Assembly (NCBI GenBank): GCA_043756885.1 | Contig: JAYUQF010000027.1 | Span: forward strand, 1 to 48,110 | Direction of reading: 5' to 3' | Origin: Pseudomonadota bacterium | GTDB taxonomy: Bacteria; Pseudomonadota; Gammaproteobacteria; Ga0077536 | DNA: 48,110 bases | Part shown: one piece after another, positions 1-9,358 of the stretch | Numbering within the stretch: the first letter of the stretch is position 1 | Layout: every line of letters begins with the position of its first letter | The notes under the pieces: generated by a model | Databases searched by the model: none | Seen by the model: the letters and a program-made list of their open reading frames with translations, nothing else | Told to the model about the DNA's origin: nothing | Program-made: the position numbers and the translations under genes

Positions 1-2214
1 CGCGAAATCGAGTCTCTGCTGAAGGTCGCGCAGAAGGATGCCGCGTTGTGGGTGGTCAAAGGCGCCCTCCAACTGCAGGAAAAGCAGCGCAAAGAAGCAC
101 GCGAAACCTTCACCCATGCGCTCACACTTGCCCCCCAGAATCACGCTGCCGTACTGGGACTGGCGCAAGTATTGCTGGAAGATGGTGACGGCGATGGTGC
201 CAAACTAAAACTTGATAGTCTGGGCAGCCAGGCCGCTGACGATCCTCGGGTCAATTTTCTCCGTGCGCAGATCGCTGAACAGCGCAAAGACTTTGACACT
301 GCACTTTTCGACCTCAACAAAGTGCTGCTCGTGATGCCCAATGACCGTGAGGCACTCGTGATGGCGGCGCGACTCAATTTTTCGTTAGGCCAGTTTGCGC
401 GCGCCGAGGATTTTGCTTCACAACTTCTGCAACTGGAACCTGGGAACGAGGCGGCGCGCCGTTTGTTGGGTTCAATTCAGCTCGCGGGTGGAAATTTAGA
501 TGGGGCCAGCGCCAGTGCCGAACAGCCAGCGGTGGACAGCCAGGATCCCGGCACTTTGGCCTTGCTCGGCACCGCCTATCTTAAGCACGGCGACTACGCT
601 AACGCCGAGGCCAAGTTGCAAAAGGCAGCGGAACTTGCACCCGGTTCCTTGCCGATTCGCACTCAGCTGGCGCTAGGTAAGTTGTCGACAGGCAATGTCG
701 AGGCCGCAATAGCAGACTTGAAGGCCGTCCTGGCTGAGCAGAAAGACTTCGTTCAGGCGCGGGTGATGTTGGCGCTTGCGTATGTATCGCAAAAACGTCG
801 CGAAGAGGCTCTTGGCACCGCGAGCGAACTGATCGAAATCAAGCCCGATGACCCACTAGGGCACAATTTATTGGGGTACATATTAGAAGTTGGTGATGAT
901 AAAACCGCGGCGCGGGCCGCCTACGAGCAAGCACTGATAAAAGATCCAGACTTCCATCCGGCGCGCATCAACCTGGCCCGCCTGGCCATCCAAAACAAAG
1001 ACCAGAGCACGGGACGCCAACATCTGAACGACGTGTTGGCACGCGACGAATTTAACCCCACCGCTTTGCAAGGCTTGGCAGCGCTGGCGATCCAGGACAA
1101 CAACGCCGATGAGGCAGAAAAGCTTTGGCAGCGGGCGCGCGAACATAATCCGGAGGCGGTTGCGCCGCGGGTGGCTCTGGCCCGCTACTACCGGGCCAAG
1201 GGGAATCTCACGCGTGCTGAAGATGCGATCAGGGAAGCGTATAAGCTTGCCTCGTATGCAGCACCGGTGCAGGCTGAATATGCGAATGTGATGCTTGGCA
1301 TTGGTGACAATCAGGCGGCTGTGAAGGCTGCCCAAGCACTGGTTGAGCGCACGCCGACATCACTGCCGGTGCTCGAGCTACTGGCTCGTGCTTACAATCA
1401 ATCGGGCGACCAGACGGGACTGGGCGACACCTTGCGGCGTATCGTCAAAATCAAGCCAGACCACCAGCCGGCGCAGGTTCTGCTCGCGCAAATCGCTTTG
1501 CGCCAAAACGATAAAGATGCCGCCGAGGCTATCGCGCGCGCAATGATCTCCCGTCCAGATAATGCCGCTGCAGGCTACGAATTGAGTGGCGATATTGCGT
1601 TTGCTGATGATCAACAGAAAGCCGCCGTCGAAGCCTACGCACAAGCCTTTAAAATTGCGCCCGACAGCAACCGTGTTTTAAAACTTGAGCGCGCCGAACG
1701 GGCGCTGGGCATAGATAACAAACGCCTTGAAAAATGGATTGCTGAACGCCCCGACGACGCGCGCGCGCGGCTTGCTCAAGCGAGTATCCTGCAGGAGTCT
1801 GGAGCCAGCGATGACGCTACGGCGGCCTATGAGCGGATGTTGACAACTGGCAAACAGGACCCGGTAGTCCTCAATAACCTGGCCTGGTTGTACTTCGAAC
1901 GCAAAGATAAACGTGCGCTCGACTTGGCGCGTCAAGCCTATGAACTGGCCCCCCGGCAACCGGCCATTGTTGATACCTATGCCTGGATACTATTTCATCA
2001 GGGTCAGCGCGAGCAGGGCCTTGAGATTCTCAAGAAGGCCGCCGAACTCGCGCCAGGCGACGCTGACATTGCCTTCCATGTGACCAGCGCGTTAGCTGAA
2101 AGTGGGCAGCGCGCACAGGCACTGACCCAGCTTCGTGCGCTGTTGGACGAACACAAAAAATTCAATCTGCGTAAGGATGCTGAGGCGTTACTGGCCTCAC
2201 TCGAGAAGGGCTGA
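1..2214 (+). CDS. TPR-repeat protein, PEP-CTERM-system PrsT-like; the 5' end lies outside the window
   Basis: Frame 1 is open from base 1 (REIESLLKVAQKDAALW...), so the listed TTG at 46 is probably not the true start. More than 700 aa consist of consecutive 34-aa TPR units. The all-TPR architecture and size resemble exosortase-associated PrsT proteins; this family call is from recall only. Confidence 0.6.
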   Translation, partial: REIESLLKVAQKDAALWVVKGALQLQEKQRKEARETFTHALTLAPQNHAAVLGLAQVLLEDGDGDGAKLKLDSLGSQAADDPRVNFLRAQIAEQRKDFDTALFDLNKVLLVMPNDREALVMAARLNFSLGQFARAEDFASQLLQLEPGNEAARRLLGSIQLAGGNLDGASASAEQPAVDSQDPGTLALLGTAYLKHGDYANAEAKLQKAAELAPGSLPIRTQLALGKLSTGNVEAAIADLKAVLAEQKDFVQARVMLALAYVSQKRREEALGTASELIEIKPDDPLGHNLLGYILEVGDDKTAARAAYEQALIKDPDFHPARINLARLAIQNKDQSTGRQHLNDVLARDEFNPTALQGLAALAIQDNNADEAEKLWQRAREHNPEAVAPRVALARYYRAKGNLTRAEDAIREAYKLASYAAPVQAEYANVMLGIGDNQAAVKAAQALVERTPTSLPVLELLARAYNQSGDQTGLGDTLRRIVKIKPDHQPAQVLLAQIALRQNDKDAAEAIARAMISRPDNAAAGYELSGDIAFADDQQKAAVEAYAQAFKIAPDSNRVLKLERAERALGIDNKRLEKWIAERPDDARARLAQASILQESGASDDATAAYERMLTTGKQDPVVLNNLAWLYFERKDKRALDLARQAYELAPRQPAIVDTYAWILFHQGQREQGLEILKKAAELAPGDADIAFHVTSALAESGQRAQALTQLRALLDEHKKFNLRKDAEALLASLEKG

Positions 2215-2223
2215 CCAGTTGCG

Positions 2224-2925
2224 TTAACGCTTGTTTATCGAGCGTAGCAGGGCGGTGGTTACGCTGCCGTCCTTTTCTCGATACTCAACCTTGACCGGCA
2301 TCCAGTTCAAAGTCTGTGCGCACCACACGGTGGTGCGACGATCGTTATCGGACGCGCCGCGTTCCAGACGCACGGTGTTGAACGTCCCGCTGTCGGTTTC
2401 GGTCTGTTCTTGTCCGCGATGCTCGAACCTATAGTTCTTCAGTTTGTTTTTATCGGCGATTGTGTAGCTTAGCTTGGAAGGTTCGGCGCGCAGGTCGATC
2501 ATCATTTGCATCTGATAGACGAGTTTATCCAACACATTCGGTGGCATTGTGGTGTGCCAGCCGTCGGTCTGGTCGCTGCGCATAACCGTGTGTTTGTCAT
2601 AGTCAAAGCGCAACGCATGATGTTTGTCACCGCGGGACTTGTGGTGAGTGTAGCTGGCTGGTTCGAAGCGGCCGTTGCGAAGTTTGCCGCTGCTCGATTC
2701 AGTGATCTTGTCCGAACGAACCAAGGCCATCACACCGCTGGTTTTCATCCGCGACACAAAGCGGTAGGTGCCGTCAGTGTCTAATTCAAAACGACGTTCC
2801 ATTGTGCCGAATGAAACTGAACGCTGGGAAAGAGTGTAAACCGCAACAAACGGTTCGGGGTTGTCGGTGGCTGCGGCGCTGCAGGCCATCAGCAGCAAGA
2901 AGCATGTTCCAATCTGGCTACGCAT
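2224..2925 (-). CDS. DUF3108 family protein with a signal peptide
   Basis: I chose the ATG at 2925 because it gives MRSQIGTCFLLLMACSAAA, a signal peptide. The body (YTLSQRSVSFG..ERRFELDTDGTYRF...TTVWCAQTLNWMPVKVEYREKDGS) matches DUF3108 as I recall it. The gene is convergent with the TPR gene. Confidence 0.65.
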   Translation of the reverse strand: MRSQIGTCFLLLMACSAAATDNPEPFVAVYTLSQRSVSFGTMERRFELDTDGTYRFVSRMKTSGVMALVRSDKITESSSGKLRNGRFEPASYTHHKSRGDKHHALRFDYDKHTVMRSDQTDGWHTTMPPNVLDKLVYQMQMMIDLRAEPSKLSYTIADKNKLKNYRFEHRGQEQTETDSGTFNTVRLERGASDNDRRTTVWCAQTLNWMPVKVEYREKDGSVTTALLRSINKR

Positions 2926-3017
2926 GACCCTATGGTAGGATCCGCGCGTTAAAACACAAGCATTGCGCGCTGCGAGGATCTTGGTGTCTGCGGCAAATGC
3001 GACAATCGAAGGCGAGC

Positions 3018-4457
3018 ATGGATCCACGGCTGAGTCATTTGAAAGGCGCCCGCGTGATGGTGGTCGGGGACTTAATCCTTGACCGTTATTGGTATGGCGC
3101 TACGCGGCGCATATCACCCGAGGCGCCCGTGCCCGTGGTGCTGATCGAGTCGGTCGAAGAACGGGTTGGTGGCGCGGCCAACGTCGCCGCAAATGCCGCG
3201 GCCCTTGAAGCACAGGTGTTACTGGTTGGCATCATCGGAAAGGACGCCGCCGGCGAGCGTCTCGCCGAGCTTTGTCGGGCGGTAGCGGTGGAGCCGGTAT
3301 TTGCCACGAGCGCGGAGCACGAAACCGTGGTCAAACTGCGGGTTGTCAGCCAACACCAGCAGTTGGTGCGGCTCGATTTTGAGCGCTCGGAGCCGGTCGA
3401 CCTCGGTCATGAGGTGGCGGCTCTGGTCGCTGAACATATTTCGCGTTGCGAAGTAGTGGTCATCTCTGACTACGCCAAGGGTGCGGCCACTCGCGTGCAG
3501 CAGGTCATTGCCACCGCGCGTGCTGCGGGTAAGCGGGTAATCGTGGATCCTAAGGGCACAAACTTCGCGCGCTACAGCGGTGCGAGCGTCGTCACGCCCA
3601 ATCTTCAGGAATTCGAAGCGGTAGTCGGGGTCTGCAATGACGACACCGAACTGGTCAGCCGCGCTGCGGCGCTGTGCGAACGATTCAACTTCGAAGCCAT
3701 CCTGGTGACGCGTGGCGAGGCCGGTATGTCCCTCGTGGTTCCTGGCCAGCCAGCTCTCCATCTGGACGCGCGCTCGCGCGACGTATTCGATGTTACCGGT
3801 GCCGGTGACACCGTCTGTGCGGTCACGGCGGTGGCCATGGCTGCGGGTCAGAACGTGGAAAACGCCGTCGCGCTTGCCAACATTGCGGCTGGCGTCGTCG
3901 TGGCGAAGTTTGGCGCTGCCAGCGTCAGCGTCGCGGAACTCGAACTCGCGCTCAGTACGCGGGACAAAGCGCACCGCGGTGTTGTCGACCTGGACAAATT
4001 GCTGGAAGAACGTGCCCAGGCACGGCGGCGTGGTGAAATAGTGGTGATGACCAACGGCTGTTTTGACCTGCTCCATGAAGGACACGTCCGCTATTTGCGC
4101 GAGGCGAAAGCACTGGGCACCCGCTTGGTGGTAGCCGTTAATGACGACGATTCCGTGACAGCCCTGAAGGGACCATCGCGCCCGCTCAATTGCCTCGCGT
4201 CGCGCATGGCGGTGCTGGCTGCGCTGGATGTCGTGGACTGGGTCGTGCCATTTGGTGGCGCAACGCCACGGGCTTTGGTCGCGGCAGTATTACCGGACGT
4301 GCTGGTGAAAGGTGGCGACTACGAGGTCGACACCATTGCGGGCGCGGCAGAGGTGCTGGCGGCCGGCGGGCGTGTTACTACGGTGGCTTTCCATGGCGGC
4401 TTCTCCACTACCGCACTGGTTGAACGCATCGCCGCGACGGGCCAAACGGCGCCATGA
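3018..4457 (+). CDS. hldE: Bifunctional D-beta-D-heptose 7-phosphate kinase / D-beta-D-heptose 1-phosphate adenylyltransferase
   Basis: N-terminal sugar-kinase motifs VMVVGDLILDRYWYG..RISPEAPVPVV and GAGD. C-terminal cytidylyltransferase motif GCFDLLHEGHVRYL. The ATG at 3018 follows GAAGG. The stop overlaps the hldD start (ATGA). Confidence 0.93.
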   Translation: MDPRLSHLKGARVMVVGDLILDRYWYGATRRISPEAPVPVVLIESVEERVGGAANVAANAAALEAQVLLVGIIGKDAAGERLAELCRAVAVEPVFATSAEHETVVKLRVVSQHQQLVRLDFERSEPVDLGHEVAALVAEHISRCEVVVISDYAKGAATRVQQVIATARAAGKRVIVDPKGTNFARYSGASVVTPNLQEFEAVVGVCNDDTELVSRAAALCERFNFEAILVTRGEAGMSLVVPGQPALHLDARSRDVFDVTGAGDTVCAVTAVAMAAGQNVENAVALANIAAGVVVAKFGAASVSVAELELALSTRDKAHRGVVDLDKLLEERAQARRRGEIVVMTNGCFDLLHEGHVRYLREAKALGTRLVVAVNDDDSVTALKGPSRPLNCLASRMAVLAALDVVDWVVPFGGATPRALVAAVLPDVLVKGGDYEVDTIAGAAEVLAAGGRVTTVAFHGGFSTTALVERIAATGQTAP

Positions 4458-5401
4458 TCGTAGTGACCGGCGGTGCCGGCTTCATTGGCAGTAACCTCGT
4501 GCTGGCACTCAATGCACAGGGTTGTGACGACATCATTGTGGTTGACGATTTAAGTGACGGGCACAAGTGCGCCAACCTCGCGGCTGCACGTATCGCTGAC
4601 TATTTCGATCGCGATGAATGGCTGAAGTTGGTGCTCAGCAGTGGCGCCCGCGATTTTGACATTGAATGTGTCTACCACCTGGGAGCGTGCTCGGACACCA
4701 CCAATTGGGATGGCCGCGCCATGATGGAGAGCAACTTCAGCTACGCTCGTGCGATCTTCGACTACTGTACCCAGTTGGGCATCGCGCTGGTTTATGCTTC
4801 AAGCGCGGCGGTTTATGGCACAGGTACACAATTTGGCGAAGTGGCAAGCAATGAGCATCCGCTAAACATCTACGGTTATTCCAAGCTGGTGTTTGATCAG
4901 TATGTACGTAAGAGATTGCCCAGCATCAAAAGCCTGGTGGCGGGCTTGCGTTATTTCAACGTTTACGGTCCACGCGAACAACACAAGGGTCGCATGGCAA
5001 GTGTCGCACTACACCTGCATCGGCAATTGTTACAAGATGGTCGGCTGAGATTGTTTGGTGCGTCCCATGGTTACGGGCCAGGCGAGCAGCGCCGGGATTT
5101 TGTTTATGTCGATGATGTCGTTGATGTCACGTTGTGGCTTGCGCAGCAGCCGTCAATTCGTTCTGGCGTCTACAACTGCGGGACCGGGCGTGCAGAAAGT
5201 TTTAATGCCGTTGCCGAAGCGGTGCTGGCTTTCCATGGTCACGGCACTCTCGAATACATCGATTTCCCGACTGATCTGGTCGACGCCTATCAGCCCTACA
5301 CTGAAGCGGATGTAACGCGCTTGCGCGCAGCTGGTTACGCGCCGTCCTTACGCGATGTGGCGAGCGGCGTGCGGGAGTATTTGCACTGGCTAACTTCCTG
5401 A
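4454..5401 (+). CDS. hldD: ADP-L-glycero-D-manno-heptose 6-epimerase
   Basis: MIVVTGGAGFIGSNLV is a Rossmann N-terminus nearly identical to E. coli HldD. An SDR YxxxK motif (YGYSK) is present, and the length is 315 aa. Confidence 0.93.
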   Translation: MIVVTGGAGFIGSNLVLALNAQGCDDIIVVDDLSDGHKCANLAAARIADYFDRDEWLKLVLSSGARDFDIECVYHLGACSDTTNWDGRAMMESNFSYARAIFDYCTQLGIALVYASSAAVYGTGTQFGEVASNEHPLNIYGYSKLVFDQYVRKRLPSIKSLVAGLRYFNVYGPREQHKGRMASVALHLHRQLLQDGRLRLFGASHGYGPGEQRRDFVYVDDVVDVTLWLAQQPSIRSGVYNCGTGRAESFNAVAEAVLAFHGHGTLEYIDFPTDLVDAYQPYTEADVTRLRAAGYAPSLRDVASGVREYLHWLTS

Positions 5402-5430
5402 GACGGCTCTACACAGCGCTGTTCGCACTG

Positions 5431-6675
5431 TTGGTCCCGGTCTTGCTGGCGCGCCTGTTCTGGCGTGACCGTCGCACGTCCGGGCAAGCCAATCGCTGGC
5501 GCGAACGTCTGGGTTTCTACACACACCCGCCAACAACTTCCCAGTCCATCTGGATTCATGCAGTGTCGGTCGGTGAAACCATGGCCGCGGTACCGTTGGT
5601 GCACGCGTTGCTCAAGCGGTTCCCAGGGACCGGTGTTTTGATCACAACCACCACCACAACCGGCGCGGATGCTGTTGTGCGTCTGTTTGGCGATCGTGTG
5701 CAGCACGCCTATTTTCCCTATGACATACCGCAGGTCCTGGGCCGTTTCCTGGCTCACTTTCGGCCACGGGTGCTGGTGGTAATGGAGACTGAACTGTGGC
5801 CGAACACCTTCGCTGCCTGTCGCCAGCGGAGTCTGCCCATCGTGCTCGCGAACGCACGCTTGTCAGCGCGCTCGGCGGGTGGTTATCGGCGCCTGGCCGC
5901 TTTGAGTCGGGACACTGTGCGCGGCATTGACCATATCGCCGCACAAACGACAGAAGATGCCGCGCGTTTTGCCGCGCTGGGTGCCGATGCACAACGCATC
6001 ACAGTGACTGGCAGTCTCAAATTCGATATTGATCTACCCGCCAGCGTGCACGCGCAGGCGGCGGCAGTCCGTCGGGATCTTGGCGTCAATCGACCGCTAC
6101 TCATAGCCGCCAGTACGCGCGAAGGTGAGGAGTTGCTTGTGTTGGACGCGTTTGCCGCTATTGAGCGGCAGCTGCCCCTCACTTTGTTACTGTTGGTGCC
6201 GCGACATCCTCAGCGATTCGACGCAGTGGCGCGGCTGTGCGTCAGCCGTGGCTTGCGTTGTGTGCGTCGCAGCCATGCAACTGTGTGTGCGGCCGAAGAC
6301 CAAATCTACTTACTCGACAGTATGGGTGAACTGCCCCACCACTATGCGGCTGCAGATGTTGCCTTTGTGGGTGGCAGTTTGCTTCCATTTGGCGGGCACA
6401 ATGTCCTGGAACCGGCGGCCTTGGGCACGCCGGTATTGGTCGGACCGCATACATTCAATTTTGTCGAGATCGTGCGCTTACTGCGGCAAGCGGGTGGTCT
6501 GCAGGTTGTTGCTGACGCCGCGCAGTTGGCGACGGCGACGCTCGGTTGGTTATGCGACAGTGCTGAACGAGACCGCGTCGGTAGTTTGGCCTGCGACATT
6601 GTCCGCCGCCATCGCGGCGCGACCCACCGCACCGTCGGCATCATCAGCAATCTTCTTGCCGAGCGCAGGTCGTAA
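5431..6675 (+). CDS. waaA: 3-deoxy-D-manno-octulosonic acid (Kdo) transferase
   Basis: The motif IWIHAVSVGETMAAVPLV and a C-terminal glycosyltransferase fold (VGGSL.P.GGHN.LEPAALG.PV..GPH) identify it. The frame stays open upstream to 5398 (LRRLYTALFAL), so the true start may be a few codons earlier than the TTG at 5431. Confidence 0.9.
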   Translation: MVPVLLARLFWRDRRTSGQANRWRERLGFYTHPPTTSQSIWIHAVSVGETMAAVPLVHALLKRFPGTGVLITTTTTTGADAVVRLFGDRVQHAYFPYDIPQVLGRFLAHFRPRVLVVMETELWPNTFAACRQRSLPIVLANARLSARSAGGYRRLAALSRDTVRGIDHIAAQTTEDAARFAALGADAQRITVTGSLKFDIDLPASVHAQAAAVRRDLGVNRPLLIAASTREGEELLVLDAFAAIERQLPLTLLLLVPRHPQRFDAVARLCVSRGLRCVRRSHATVCAAEDQIYLLDSMGELPHHYAAADVAFVGGSLLPFGGHNVLEPAALGTPVLVGPHTFNFVEIVRLLRQAGGLQVVADAAQLATATLGWLCDSAERDRVGSLACDIVRRHRGATHRTVGIISNLLAERRS

Positions 6676-6734
6676 GCTTCAAGCGCCGGGCAGCCTGCCC
6701 ACCAACAGTCGAAGGACCGCTAAGAGCGCCATCA

Positions 6735-6966
6735 ATGGGCGGTATCTCAGACGGGTTTTGATCCCACCACACGACCGCCAGGGGCCGCAGCGCCGCTTGC
6801 TGGTGCTTACGGAGGTCAGCCGCTACCCGAGCAGCAACAGGCGGGTTATTACCGTCAGCAGCAGGCAGCAGCGCCCCAGCAGTACAACCAGCGTCTGCAG
6901 ATGAACAACGACTACAACCGCGCTTTTGGCACCTGCATGGCCGGACGTAACTACACCGTCAACTAA
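6735..6966 (+). pseudogene. Frame-broken small Q/Y-rich ORF ending ...NRAFGTCMAGRNYTVN; either a remnant or a +1 frameshift gene
   Basis: Frame 1 is open from 6724 to 6966 (81 codons including the stop), but its only canonical start is an ATG 21 codons before the stop. An ATG at 6735 in the -1 frame reads MGGISDGF and then hits TGA inside GGG-TTT-TGA-T (6753-6762). A +1 slip on the TTTT run joins the two frames exactly. Confidence 0.3.
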
Positions 6967-6976
6967 GGTGTTTTTT
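6953..6976 (+). terminator. Weak intrinsic-terminator-like hairpin followed by a T-run
   Basis: ACACC (6953-6957), a 9-nt loop, GGTGT (6967-6971), then TTTTTT ending at 6976. It sits directly after the small ORF stop and downstream of waaA. Confidence 0.3.
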
Positions 6977-7028
6977 GAATCTTTGTGGCGAGTGATTGCG
7001 CGGCATGGTACGACTGGGGAGTCGCTAT

Positions 7029-7610
7029 TCAGCGCAACAAGGATTGCACGGCTTGAAAATGCGGATGGTTGGCATCAGCCAGCCATTCGAACACCACTGA
7101 CTCGGCGCTCACAACCCGCACACCGGCTTGGCGCAGACGGTCCAGGGCGTTCTGGTAGTTTTCCAGGCGTCGCGAACAGATGGCGTCCTCGACCACAAAT
7201 ACGTCCAAACCCTGAGCATTCAGATCGAGCGCGCTTTGCAGGATGCAAACGTGTGCTTCCATGCCGACCAGCACTGCTTGGCGTCGCTGCGTGGCGCCGA
7301 GCGCGTGATTAAAACCTTCAGCTGCGCAGCACGAAAATGCAGTTTTACTGAAGCTCACGCAAGCGCGTGGCAAGGCCGCAACGACAGTCGGATGTGTGCC
7401 GCCCAACACTTCGGGTGTTTGCTCGACATGCAGTACGGGAAGTTCGAGCAGACCGGCAGCGCGGGCCAGCAGCGTCGCATTCAGAATGACGCGATTGAGA
7501 ACCTTGCTTGGCATCGCATCGCTCAGACGCTGCTGCAAGTCGAGCACTAAGAACACGGTCTGGTCCGCGTGACACTTGTTCGCCCCAGCGGTCCTGTGGG
7601 AGGTGGTCAC
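7029..7610 (-). CDS. Isochorismatase-family cysteine hydrolase
   Basis: The TVFLVLDLQ N-terminal strand, VLVGMEAHVCILQSALDL (catalytic Cys region) and VVEDAICSR are typical of this family. I chose the GTG at 7610 because it avoids overlap with tolC; the ATG at 7667 is the alternative. Confidence 0.75.
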   Translation of the reverse strand: MTTSHRTAGANKCHADQTVFLVLDLQQRLSDAMPSKVLNRVILNATLLARAAGLLELPVLHVEQTPEVLGGTHPTVVAALPRACVSFSKTAFSCCAAEGFNHALGATQRRQAVLVGMEAHVCILQSALDLNAQGLDVFVVEDAICSRRLENYQNALDRLRQAGVRVVSAESVVFEWLADANHPHFQAVQSLLR

Positions 7611-7627
7611 GGTGTGGCCTGCATAAC

Positions 7628-8992
7628 TCAAGGTGTTGGCGAAACAACGCTCGCAGTGCTCAGCCATGAATTAATAGCCGCCAGATCCTCGGGCTGCAGG
7701 CTGCCTGCCGCTTTTTTCAGGCGCAAGGTCTCTACGATGTAGTCGTAACGGGCGCGGGAAAAATCCCGCTTGGCTTGGTACAGACTGCGTTCGGCAGCGA
7801 CAACATCGACGGCAGTGCGAGTGCCGACCTCGAATCCTGCACGGGTAGACTCTAGTGCGGTCTGGGAAGAAATCACCGCTTGGCCCAGCGCTTTTACCGA
7901 ACTGATCTTGGTCGCCACACCGAGATAGGCCTCTCGTGCTTCGCGATGCACAGCGCGTTGCGTCTGTTCAAGGCGTTCGAGCGTGGCATTGTTCTGGTGT
8001 TCCGCTGCGCGTGTGCGCGACACCACTTGGCCGCCTTCATAGATCGGCACTGTAACTTGAATGCCTATGTCGTTTTGTTCCAGCGAATTGTTACCAAAGC
8101 GGCCGCCTTGTTGATTGAAGCTGTGGCCACCAACGATGTCAAAGCTCGGGAAATGCCCGGCATATTGGCGCCGAATTTCTTCGTGGGCGATATCGGCCGC
8201 CATGCGCGCGGCGCTGAGCGTAAGGTTGCCTGCCATGGCCGTTGCGGTCCATTTTTCGATATCGAGAGGTTCCGGAATAACCAAGGGCAGACTCTCACCC
8301 AGCGGGGCGAGCTCAAGATCGTAATTGGCCGTTACCTCGCGCAGCGCTTCGTTGGCGTTCTGAACCTCGTTTTGTGCGCTGATCTGGCTGGCCAGCGCGC
8401 GGTCGTGTCCGGCCTGGGCTTCCTGCACGTCGGTGATAGCGATGAGGCCCACCTCAAAACGCTGTTGCGCTTGATCAAGCTGACTCTTGAGCGACTGCGT
8501 CTCGGCGTTGGCAAAAACCAGGCTGTCATGAGTCGCGAGCTGATTGAAGTAACGCTCAGCGACCCTCAGCATCAGATCTTGCCGCGCGGCGAGCACTTCG
8601 AATTGTGCCTGTTGCAGTCGTTTGTCGGCCTGACGGAGCGCCACATACCGGTCATGGTGATAAACCGGCTGCGCCAGGTTGATCCGGTACTCCTTGCCGG
8701 TAAAAGACGGAGTATTGCTGCCACCGAAAATTGGACCGCCCGACAGCGATTGCCGGATGCGCGTCGTGCCAGCCGTGAAATTGATGTTTGGCAACCACAG
8801 TTGGGCGCGGGCTTGGGGGATCTCCTCGGCAGTGGCCAAGGCCTTGTCCTGCGCTTCGCGGTAGGTGGGGTCTGATTGTTCAGCGGCCGCAAGCGCGCCG
8901 AACAGGTCGGTGTAGGCCGTGCAGGGTTGGGCGATTGCAGCCAGCAGCGCGAGCAGCGGTGGGTGGAGATGTTTCGAAGCGAAATCAAGCAT
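7628..8992 (-). CDS. tolC: TolC-family outer-membrane efflux channel
   Basis: It has a signal peptide (LLALLAAIAQPCTA) and the duplicated coiled-coil/beta-barrel repeat. Motifs include L.QAQ.RFEVGL.AITDV.EAQA and RY.Y....L.LK.AAG.L. Length is 454 aa. Confidence 0.9.
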   Translation of the reverse strand: MLDFASKHLHPPLLALLAAIAQPCTAYTDLFGALAAAEQSDPTYREAQDKALATAEEIPQARAQLWLPNINFTAGTTRIRQSLSGGPIFGGSNTPSFTGKEYRINLAQPVYHHDRYVALRQADKRLQQAQFEVLAARQDLMLRVAERYFNQLATHDSLVFANAETQSLKSQLDQAQQRFEVGLIAITDVQEAQAGHDRALASQISAQNEVQNANEALREVTANYDLELAPLGESLPLVIPEPLDIEKWTATAMAGNLTLSAARMAADIAHEEIRRQYAGHFPSFDIVGGHSFNQQGGRFGNNSLEQNDIGIQVTVPIYEGGQVVSRTRAAEHQNNATLERLEQTQRAVHREAREAYLGVATKISSVKALGQAVISSQTALESTRAGFEVGTRTAVDVVAAERSLYQAKRDFSRARYDYIVETLRLKKAAGSLQPEDLAAINSWLSTASVVSPTP

Positions 8993-9033
8993 GATCTAAG
9001 GCTTACCTCGCGGTGCTGGGTAATCGCACAGCG

Positions 9034-9348
9034 TCAATAAAGTTCGAGTTCGGTATCAACCGTACGCGCCCAGGCATCGATGCCGCCATTCAGATTTGCA
9101 ACATCGGTGAATCCGCGCGAAACCAGGAACTCGGCAACCTGACGGCTGCGCACGCCGTGATGACAGACCACGATCAGTGGCCGGTTCTGAGGAATCTCCT
9201 CCAAACGCGCAGGGATCTGCCCCATCGGAATATGCAGGTCCCCGGTTATATGGCAAAGCGCATGTTCCCACTGCTCGCGCACATCGAGAAACAGCACGGC
9301 TTTTTCGTTGCGCAATGCAGCGGCGGTTTGGGGGGTGAGTTCGCGCAT
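9034..9348 (-). CDS. Single-domain rhodanese-like sulfurtransferase
   Basis: The ATG at 9348 gives a 104-aa product. The active-site loop is VVCHHGVRS, with flanking LFLDVRE..E and NL.GGIDAW motifs. Confidence 0.85.
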   Translation of the reverse strand: MRELTPQTAAALRNEKAVLFLDVREQWEHALCHITGDLHIPMGQIPARLEEIPQNRPLIVVCHHGVRSRQVAEFLVSRGFTDVANLNGGIDAWARTVDTELELY

Positions 9349-9358
9349 AGGCGGCCGT

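Noticed and set aside
3219-4085. A 288-aa ORF antisense to hldE.
   Set aside because: It lies entirely inside a confidently identified gene on the other strand. Its composition is Arg/Ala/Gly-rich, typical of shadow frames in high-GC DNA, and it has no recognisable motifs.
6125-6904. A 259-aa ORF overlapping the 3' half of waaA out of frame and extending into the spacer.
   Set aside because: It is Cys/Arg/Ser-rich nonsense composition. Its first 550 nt are already explained by waaA.
7880-8875. A 331-aa ORF antisense to tolC.
   Set aside because: It is a shadow ORF of a high-GC gene with no motifs, and the TolC frame explains the region.
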